Of a DNA stretch of 28,275 nucleotides, positions 11,808 to 21,354 are shown piece by piece (within the stretch, counting starts at the first letter, position 1; every line of letters begins with the position of its first letter). This DNA is from Tubiluchus corallicola (lineage: Eukaryota > Animalia > Priapulida). Location: contig JAQGDQ010001713.1 of assembly GCA_030141605.1 (NCBI GenBank), positions 1 to 28,275 on the forward strand. Direction: 5' to 3'. The position numbers were made by a program, and so were the translations under genes. The notes under the pieces are model-generated. The model ran no database searches, was not told the origin of the DNA, and saw only the letters and a list, made by a program, of their open reading frames with translations.

Positions 11808-14006
11808 CTAAAATTTCAATGTACAGCCTGTTCATAAATACACAAGCTCTTCTAGAATATATGCTGTAGCAGCTAAAATTTCAATGTACAGCCTGTTCAT
11901 AAATACACAAGCTCTTCTAGAATATATGCTTTAGCAGCTAAAATTTCAATGTACAGTCAGTTCATAAATACACAAGCTCTTCTAGAATATGTGTTGTAGC
12001 AGCTAAAATTTCAATGTATAGCCTGTTCATAAATACACAAGTTCTTCTAGAATATGTGCTGTAGCAGCTAAAATTTCAATGTACAGCCTGTTCATAAATA
12101 CACAAGCTCTTCTAGAATACGGGCTGTAGCAGCTAAAATTTCAATGCACAGCCTGTTCATAAATACACAAGCTCGTCTAGAATACGTGCTGTAGCAGCTA
12201 AAATTCCAATGTACAGCCTGTTCATAAATACACAAGCTCTTCTAGAATACGTGCTGTAGCAGCTAAAATTTCAATGTACAGCCTGTTCATAAATACACAA
12301 GCTCTTCTAGAACATATGCTGTAGCAGCTAAAATTTCAATGTACAGCCTGTTCATAAATAGACAAGCTCTTCTAGAACATATGCTGTAGCAGCTAAAATT
12401 TCAATGTACAGCCTGTTCATAAATACACAAGCTCTTCTAGAATATATGCTGTAGCAGCTAAAATTTCAATGTACAGTCTGTTCATAAATACACAGGCTCT
12501 TCTAGAATATGTGCTGTAGCAGCTAAAATTTCAATGTACAGCCTGTTCATAAACACACAAGCACTTCTAGAATACGTGCTGTAGCAGCTAAAATTTCAAT
12601 GTACAGCCTGTTCATAAATACACAAGCTCTTCTAGAACATATGCTGTAGCAGCTAAAATTTCAATGTACAGCCTGTTCATAAATACCCAAGCTCTTCTAG
12701 AACATATGCTGTAGCAGCTAAAATTTCAATGTACAGCCTGTTCATAAATACACAAGCTCTTCTAAAAGATGTGCGCTAGCAGCTAAAATTTCAATGTACA
12801 GCTTGTTCATAAATACACAAAGCTCTTCTAGAACATGTGCTGTAGCAGCTAAAATTTCAGTGTACAGCCTGTTCATAAATACACAAGCTCTTCTAAAAGA
12901 TGTGCGCTAGCAGCTAAAATTTCAATGTACAACCTGATCATAAATACACAAGTTCTTCTAGAATATATGCTGTAGCAGCTAAAATTTCAGTGTACAGCCT
13001 GTTCATAAATACACAAGCTCTTCTAGAACATATGCTGTAGCAGCTAAAATTTCAATGTACAGCCTGTTCATAAATACACAAGCTCTTCTAGAACATATGC
13101 TGTAGCAGCTAAAATTTCAATGTACAGCCTGTTCATAAATAGACAAGCTCTTCTAAAATATGTGCGCTAGCAGCTAAAATTTCAATGTACAGCTTGTTCA
13201 TAAATACACAAGCTCTTCTAGAATACGTGCTTAGCAGTAAAATTTCAATGTACAGCCTGTTCATAAATACACAAGCTCTTCTAGAATACGTGCTGTAGCA
13301 GCTAAAATTTCAATGTACAGCTTGTTCATAAACACACAAGCTCTTCTAGAATACGTGCTGTAGCAGCTAGAATTTCAATGTATAGCCTGTTCATAAATAC
13401 ACAAGCTCTTCTAGAATATATGCTGTAGCAGCTAAAATTTCAATGTACAGCCTGTTCATAAATAGACAAGCTCTTCTAAAATATGTGCGCTAGCAGCTAA
13501 AATTTCAATGTACAGCTTGTTCATAAATACACAAGCTCTTCTAGAATACGTGCTGTAGCAGCTAAAATTTCAATGTACAGCCTGTTCATAAATACACAAG
13601 CTCTTCTAGAATACGTGCTGTAGCAGCTAAAATTTCAATGTACAGCTTGTTCATAAACACACAAGCTCTTCTAGAATACGTGCTGTAGCAGCTAGAATTT
13701 CAATGTATAGCCTGTTCATAAATACACAAGCTCTTCTAGAATATATGCTGTAGCAGCTAAAATTTCAATGTACAGCCTGTTCATAAATAGACAAGCTCTT
13801 CTAAAATATGTGCGCTAGCAGCTAAAATTTCAATGTACAGCTTGTTCATAAATACACAAGCTCTTCTAGAATACGTGCTGTAGCAGCTAAAATTTCAATG
13901 TACAGCTTGTTCATAAATACACAAGCTCTTCTAGAATACGTGCTGTAGCAGCTAAAATTTCAATGTATAGCCTGTTCATAAATACACAAGCTCTTCTAGA
14001 ATATAT
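11808..14006 (+). repeat. 65-bp minisatellite/satellite array, ~34 copies
   Basis: Unit CTAAAATTTCAATGTACAGCCTGTTCATAAATACACAAGCTCTTCTAGAATATATGCTGTAGCAG. GTACAGCCTG occurs at 11821 and 11886. Confidence 0.97.
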
Positions 14007-14241
14007 CTGTGTAATACATTTTGGCAGACTGATCTCAAGTAGAGAGCGTTGTTTGATCAGTCAACATGATCATAGGTGATTAATGGTAGTGAGTTTACGA
14101 TCACACCCTTTTCATGAGTGTAAAGACAGATCTAGTAACCAAAGTATTCACATTTAAATATACTGAATGGCTTGATTTTTCAACTTAAATTAATACAGTT
14201 GACATTGATATTAAATGTAGTTAATACAATACTAGTATACC

Positions 14242-14608
14242 CAGGGGCGTATCAACACTTTATGACGCCCTAGGCTGATAGTTCTGTCCCGCCCATCACT
14301 ACTGTGAATTTATCGTTGTTTATGTAATGAGCAGATTAAACAATTACTTGTAACTTAGAAACACTATTAACCTAGTTTCTACATGGTCATCATTAATTGG
14401 ATATTCAAGTAAGCTGTGCAACTGTTTGTTGTGCAATACCTTGCACCTGTTCGTTATGTGGCAAGTGGCTGGGCTCAGTAACTGCCTGTGGTGTGTTATA
14501 AAATGCAACTTTTACGTGAATATGAAATTATACACATTTTCCGAGGAAAATAAGAATTTTTTCTAAAACGTGACGACCCTCAAACTTTGGCGCCCTAATA
14601 CGCCCCTG
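14242..14608. mobile_element. Non-autonomous hAT-like DNA transposon (MITE), 367 bp
   Basis: Perfect 11-bp TIRs CAGGGGCGTAT / ATACGCCCCTG and a perfect 8-bp TSD AGTATACC (14234-14241 and 14609-14616). Confidence 0.9.
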
Positions 14609-14714
14609 AGTATACCCACATTTTGGTGGCCATTTTGTAAAAAACTTCTTGTTTAATAGCTGCAGTTAAACCGGAAGAATGTACCACCAAGCACTTTGCA
14701 ACAGTAAAATGTCA

Positions 14715-14954
<240 letters not shown>

Positions 14955-15690
14955 TTACCATGCAAACGTCACAAATTAACCGATTACCTAAAACTTATAA
15001 TACCTATACTGATGTGAAGTCGCCATGCTAGCTGAATACCCTGATTTAAACCAATATTGTTTCTAGCAATGTGGGAGATCTTAAGTTGATGCAGTTGGTA
15101 GTGCTCAAGAAATGATTCGTGCGTAATGCGCATGCTCGGCCACAGTTTACAAGCAAGACTGCTGCGATCGGTTAGCGTGACGTATTTTAGTTTCGTGACA
15201 GGCGTTACCTAAACATCTTAACACTACTGGGTGTCAGTAGTTTGTTGGTTATCTAATGATAACTAATTTACAACAGATATGTATAACAAATGTTCTGCAG
15301 CACTGTGTTCCCCCTTGTTATGTACCGTGGTACCATGCACCACCTGGTGGTGTACTGCAGTACACGGCGCTGTGGCACATGGCAAGATTGTACACGGCGA
15401 GGCGATAATTTAATTTAATTTAATTTACACGGGTTGCCAAGCAAACACAAAACGTCCGACGTGGTGAGCTGGCTAACGCATACTACTAACTCCATTACCA
15501 GTATAGGGTTTAAAATGAAGCCCAATAAAAAGTGAACCGCTTTTACATTTTAGGAGGCATCACAATAAATGATACAACATGCCAACATTCTTGGTGGTTT
15601 TCAGTATAGTATACATCATATATATTGTTTATTTTAGTGTTTGAACAATAGATGCAATGCATGTTCCTCTTGATCACACGCTGCTACGGT

Positions 15691-15947
15691 AATAATAATA
15701 ATAATAATAATAATATTTATTTATTTAAAGTCGGCTTTTGTGTCAACAATTAACATTAGCTCAAAGAGCTATTATCGCCGACTGTAAATAACAACCTACA
15801 ACTACATAACAGAGACTATTATTACCCCACTTTTACTCTAAATACCACGCGCCAGGCAGGGCAACAGCAGGTACCATTTTTAAAGTCTTTGGTATGGCCC
15901 GGCCACTGGTTCGAACTCACGACCTCCCAGACGGAAAGCAGATGCAT
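15691..15947 (-). mobile_element. tRNA-derived SINE, 5'-degraded, with conserved central domain (MetaSINE-like) and (ATT)n tail
   Basis: The minus strand reads GGGAGGTCGTGAGTTCGAACC (Pol III B box), then CATACCAAAGACTTTAAAAATGGTACCTGCTG (recalled as the Meta-type SINE core; needs checking), an AGTCGGC...GCCGACT stem, AATAAA and (ATT)n. That the tail belongs to the same element is inferred. Confidence 0.7.
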
Positions 15948-15993
15948 GGTCCGTCTGGTCCTGTCTACTTATGTAAGTATTATGTCTACTTAC

Positions 15994-16005
15994 TGATTTT
16001 GGCAT
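15994..16005 (-). CDS. ERM: ERM family protein, first coding exon (MPKS)
   Basis: Minus strand CACCAAA ATG CCA AAA TCA | GTAAGT. Good start context and consensus donor; it joins in phase to give MPKSINVRVTT..., the conserved ERM 4-codon first coding exon. Confidence 0.9.
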
Positions 16006-16084
16006 TTTGGTGATGTTATTGGAAACTAACGCAGGTCAAATCTTGTAAGAAGTTCTTCAGCAACACGACTACCCGTGCTTGCAC
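16006..16084 (-). other. ERM: 5'UTR part of the ERM start-codon exon
   Basis: Acceptor GTTTTATTGCGTTTTAG|G ends at 16085, with no upstream ATG in the 79 nt before the start. This implies a further upstream non-coding exon. Confidence 0.65.
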
Positions 16085-16361
16085 CTAAAACGCAATAAAA
16101 CTTGACAAATTAATTCGTCATTCATTCGAATTAGCAGGAGAGCATAGAACTAACAATAATAATGCTCTTTGTTGCAAACTTACGATTTCACAGGAACTCT
16201 CAATAAGCAAGATACTACGTGCCGATGTTTAGTGTTTTCATTCTGATGATTTTCAACTTCATACCCTAATTGATACACTTACACACATCAGTCATACACT
16301 GATTTTATGTAACTTGTTTTACCCAACACTAGTGAATCATCATTTTTGCAATAAAGATCTT

Positions 16362-16425
16362 TATATATACATGTATATATATATAACACATACACATATA
16401 TATACATATATATATAACACATATA
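16362..16425. repeat. (TA)/(CA) mixed microsatellite
   Basis: TATATATACATGTATATATATATAACACATACACATATATATACATATATATATAACACATATA. Confidence 0.8.
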
Positions 16426-16873
16426 AATTATTGAACTTAACGAGTGTCATTTTTTAAGTTTTGAACATATAGATAATGACGGCAAACCTATGGACACTAC
16501 GGGAAGACAGACTCTGACCATTTATTATCTCACCAAAGATGAACAATACGACTTATGCAGCTCAAACTTTTCTGCAGGGCTACTGCAATAATAGAGCAAG
16601 TCTAGCATGAAACTGGTAAACTGCAAACCAAAAACAAACCTCACAAAGTCTGGCATTACTTAACTTTATCACAAAGCACACACCATTACGACACACCTAT
16701 CCCCTCACCTTGAAAATGATGAGAACCGATCTGAGGATGATCTGATTTAGTGAACCATGGCTATTAGTTAACAGCTCTAGGGAATATAATCTTGATCCTT
16801 ATCCATTCACAAAATTTCACTTCATAAACACTGATTGATTGTATTTAATTTAGTTGTGCATTACATGTGTAAC

Positions 16874-17287
16874 GGCATGTTTAGACGTAGAGACTTTTCT
16901 CGCAACTTGTTGCACAACTTCTCTCTGAGAGTAAAGTTGCAACGTGTGAAGGGTTAGACAACGTGTTGCACAACTTCTCTCTGAGAATAAAGTTGCAACG
17001 TGTGAACGGTTTGGCAACTTGTTGCTCAACTTCTCTCTGAGAATAAAGTTGCAACGTGTGAACGGTATGGCAACTTGTTGCACAACTTCTCTCTGAGAGT
17101 AAAGTTGCAACATGTGAACAGTTTGGCAACTTGTTGCGCAACTTCTCTCTGAGAGTAAAGTTGCAACATGTGAACAGTTTGGTAACTTCTCTCGCAACTT
17201 GTTGCAAAGTGTGAATGGCTTGGCAACTTCTCCGAGAAAGAAGTTGCACAACAAGTTGCGACAGAAGTCTCTGCGTTTGAACACGCC
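16874..17287. mobile_element. MITE with ~50-bp imperfect TIRs and internal 56-bp tandem array (PIF/Harbinger-like termini, tentative)
   Basis: Left GGCATGTTTAGACGTAGAGACTTTTCTCGCAACTTGTTGCACAACTTCT; reverse complement of right GGCGTGTTCAAACGCAGAGACTTCTGTCGCAACTTGTTGTGCAACTTCT. About 5 units start at 16902, 16958, 17014, 17070 and 17126. Flanks are TAAC...ATTA, so the TSD is ambiguous. Confidence 0.8.
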
Positions 17288-17532
17288 ATTATGGTCTTAG
17301 AGCTAATGGTCCGAATTTAGAATTACAATTAGAATGTTTAATTTTACTGAATTTACGACGAACATACAATAGACTACATTCATCCAGAGCATTAAAAAGT
17401 TTACAATGAATAAATTGATACACAGGAGGCATTAAACAATATTATAATTGTTATTTAAGCTGCTGCTATGCCCCATGGTGGCCACCAACAAATAACTACA
17501 ATCAGTTCAGTTTAGAGATCAGTAAAGCTCAC

Positions 17533-17810
17533 TCAAAATCGTAATTACATATTATGTTTTCCTTTCTTAACTTTCAGGTTTATTGCTCTTATACCATTGC
17601 TATTATTACATCATTTACTTCATCCTTATTTACATTAAGTTATCTACAGAAGCATGCATAATTATAATCATTTTTTTCATTTAAGTAAGGTGAGTGTGTT
17701 AATGACCGTATGGTTCGTACACTCACCTCGCACTAAAATCATTTTATTTAAAGTTTATTAATGTGTAAGATATTGTATTTTGAGGTGTGAAAATAAATTC
17801 ATAGTTCATA
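17533..17810 (+). repeat. Dispersed repeat copy 2 (LINE/SINE-like 3' region)
   Basis: Homologous to 3947-4205. AGGTGAGTGT...ACACTCACCT stem, then AATAAA and a TTCATAG tandem tail. Confidence 0.8.
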
Positions 17811-19493
17811 GTAATAAAAAAAAGTTCACTACAGATGAGGAAGAGTGCAAGCTTTGACAGATGTAATCAAATACTTAAAAATAATCACCAGATTTTGAAA
17901 TTCATGCCTTTGAAATTGACTAAATTACTATAAACTTACTTCAAGGTTATGAATTAGTTAATTGCAAATTAACCAAACAAGGCTGGAAGGCCCTTTCTTT
18001 TTGCTGTTTAATTTATAACTAAAAGTGCCACTTTTAGTTTTAGGCCTCGGTGAAATTTTGGATTTTCAAAGCTGCCAGGACAAGCTAACTCTTTCAAGAG
18101 CAGAATTATGACGTTAGAGTAAGTAATTTTTTTTTATTTTTCTCCATAAATTTACAATAATTTGGCAATAAAATACACAAAAATACAAACAAACATGGGA
18201 GAAAGGCTGGCGAAAAACCAAAGGTTATCGAGTCAACCACCCTTCTCAGAAAGACAGTAAACAAAAAGACGCTAATGACAGCAGAACACAACTATTAAAA
18301 AATACATAAACGTCCATAAATTAAAAAACAATAAATACACAAAAATACAAACGAACATGGGAGAATAGAGAATAGAAACAAAATAGACTTAGACGATACT
18401 AGCGTACGTAATCACGTAAATTGTGACAATTTCACCTTTACAGCGATTATCATAGAATTACACAAAAATAATGTGTCCACAAACTGCACAAAAAAGAAGT
18501 ACATATTATTCTAAAGTGAAGTAACTGTAGGCCCTGTTATAGCTGCATTTGTTCAACTCTTCACAAACAAAACCTGGGCAGCTAAATGAGCTTAAAACAG
18601 CTTTCCCGCAAGCTAAAAAAATTATCTTCATGTTCAATTCAATTCAATTCATTTATTAACTCCAAGAATTAACAAAATACAGTATTAGGAATACATGTAA
18701 TTACGTAACTTTAAGCGATTACCTGGTTTTTCCAACACCTGAGTCGAAATCACAAAATTACAACCACACGCTGTTGCAACCAAAATGGAAACACGTACTT
18801 GCGCAGCAGTAAAGTCAGAGGTGGGGCTTTCTGTACGTCCTCTAGGTAGTACATACAGGATTTGCAGGTAAACGCTTGATTTGCGTCGCATGGTGGCAGC
18901 ACTGTACAGTAATGAGCTAACGGGCACATCTTTTTCAGTACAGGTACATCAATTACGATGTCACAGGCAACGCGTAAAATTCAGACCGTATAAGATTCCT
19001 AGGTATTTCATATAACAGCTATGTATTATGAGAGAATACACCTATGTATTATGAGAGAATACGCCTATGCAATCTAAACTACTGTGCAGTAATGGAAAGT
19101 AACGACGAATAAAATCAAACATATTTACAACTATGCACAAAAAATGAAAAAAATTACGATTTACTTAATATGACCGTGGATATATGAATTCTGGATTAGT
19201 GTATATGTTGTCGTACTGGTGTGATGGAATTTCATATCTGGTTAATATTAGTGATTTTAATTTTGTTTTAAATGCTGATAGGGACTTGATCTGTTTAACG
19301 TGTAATGGTAGAGAATTACAAAGTAGAATTGCTTGTTTGTTGTAAATAACCTCGAGAGATCGAAAACTGGAGGCAGAATTATCAACGATCTTACAAAATG
19401 TATTTTTGGTTTTTAAAAAGGATTGCAGGATTCAATGCGATTCAGGAAGCGTCTTAAGTTTTTTTCCTAGTGTCATTAAAGCACTTAGTAGAC

Positions 19494-20676
19494 TGTGACG
19501 TCACAGACGTCCTCGTCCGTATTAAAATTATGCTAAAGTTCATTTTGTACTCCAAATAAAATATTCATTTCTTTTTTATGTTTGGGTTGGTTTTCTGTCC
19601 ATCCTTTAATACCTCTCCCCTTTTCCCTGTTTGATGGCGATCTTCCTGTCACATGTCTTGAATGGTTACAGGATAATTTTCGCGCTCCTGGAAAAGCATT
19701 GAACCGTGATTTTTCCTTACTGTCGCCATTGCGGGTTTGAGCTGTTTTTTGAAGCTACGCGTTTTGTTGCAGCAGGTTTGAGGTCTCGTAACTTTTGAGA
19801 TCTCATAATGAGTTCGCTAGTTTTGGTGTTCTCAGTGTAATCAAATTTCTCTGAGAGGAAACCAGACGGTTCCTAGGCAGGGTTACTAGTATGCAGGAAA
19901 CTTCGTCGTGTTCGTAATCTGGCCACGTAGATCATGACGGTTGTTGGGTGGAGTTTGGAACTGCCTAAGGAGGTTGCCTAGTTGAAGACTGGGAACGAGG
20001 AACTTTTCTCCTTTCCTCCATCATTTGCTGACTCCTACAGTATAGGAGTAAACGGAGACGTTTCGAGACCCTGGATCCTTGTTTCTAACACCCTGGTGGT
20101 GGAGTCTGCAATGCGTGAGCCCCAGCAGTGTGGTTTCTTGATTCTTGAGATGTGATCCTGGATAACTGGACCCACGGTATCACGACCTGAGGCTAGCCCA
20201 GTGGTACAGCTGCAGCGACAATGGAACTCTTCGGTAATTATCCTCTCCTCTCTTCCTATTATACCTGGGATGGGGTTAACTGAATTCTTGCGTTATATGT
20301 ATGTATGTAAGTGATTTGTAGAAATATTATTTTTGAAATTACCACTAAATAATTTTTACACGTTTTTTTTTATAAACAAAGCAATAACGTTTGTTTGTCC
20401 TCCTGTTCGTCCTCGTCATTTCTAAGTACAAATTATAATGGCCTAAAATAGCATCAGTTTTAATCAAACTACTAGGACCCTCGTTAAAAAGTCTGGATAA
20501 AAACCCCTTGCCTTAAAAAAAATTAGTATTAAAAATTGTTTTTATCCACATGTGATGAACTCTGGCGTGCTCGGATAAAGTAAAAGGCAACCCCTATTTT
20601 GCATTCCTGACAAAACTATTTATTCTTTTATACAATACACCATAGAGAGTCAAAAATGGTGCCAGTGGTCGTCACA
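19494..20676 (+). repeat. 5' LTR (1183 bp)
   Basis: Starts TGTGACG and ends CGTCACA (7-bp inverted termini), followed after 2 nt by the PBS. Repeated at 27135. Confidence 0.95.
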
Positions 20677-20678
20677 AT

Positions 20679-20691
20679 TGGTGTCAGAAGT
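20679..20691 (+). other. Primer binding site, tRNA-Leu type
   Basis: TGGTGTCAGAAGT is complementary to the 3' end ...ACUUCUGACACCA of animal tRNA-Leu. Confidence 0.85.
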
Positions 20692-21354
20692 TACCAGTAG
20701 TTTTTTGGTGATAACGGTTTGTTTACTGGTTGTTACTGGATTTTATGACTGAGTGGCCTAAAATTGTGCTTAATGTATTTACGTGAATTGTTTACGTTTT
20801 GAAATCGTTTCCTGTTTGTAGCACAATACAGTATTTTGCTATATAGTTGCGTTAAACTAGAGCTTTGCGTACAGACCCAGGAAGCCAAATTTATTACTTT
20901 CGTTAACTGTATAGGACAAATTTGTTGATATTTTCAGTCCAAATATGTTCTTGATTTATTGGCTTAGAAGTTTGCTGTAATTGAAAAGCCTACAGCTCGC
21001 AATTCTATGTAGGGAATTTCCAGTAGTTCCATACTTATAAAATTTTGAGACTGTTTGTAGAGCATTTTTTAGTTTTCCTTGAGGTTGGGGTTGAGTGCCC
21101 ATAATTTAGCTCGCCCGCTATTGTTCTTTTTCTTGAATTATTTCTGCTCTCTTGAGTGCGGCGCACATACGAGTCGTATGCTACTGACAGTAGGCAGAAT
21201 ATACTTTTCGTACGGATATTAATTATGCGCGACCTTTCAAGCGGTGGTTGACATTATGCATGACTGTTTGATAATTTTTTGGTGTACATACGCGCAAGTG
21301 TGATTAAAGTGATCTTATTTGTTTATAAGTTGTCATTCTGCGTTTTCATGCAGA

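Noticed and set aside
11808-14006. Regular array as a CRISPR locus
   Set aside because: Units are near-identical along their whole length with no unique spacers; no cas genes; eukaryotic context.
16850-17289. Three overlapping minus-strand ORFs
   Set aside because: The same peptides rotate through all three frames, as expected for a non-coding 56-bp repeat.
19019-19069. 23-bp tandem duplication CTATGTATTATGAGAGAATAC(A/G)C
   Set aside because: Ordinary slippage duplication with no link to the nearby LTR boundary.
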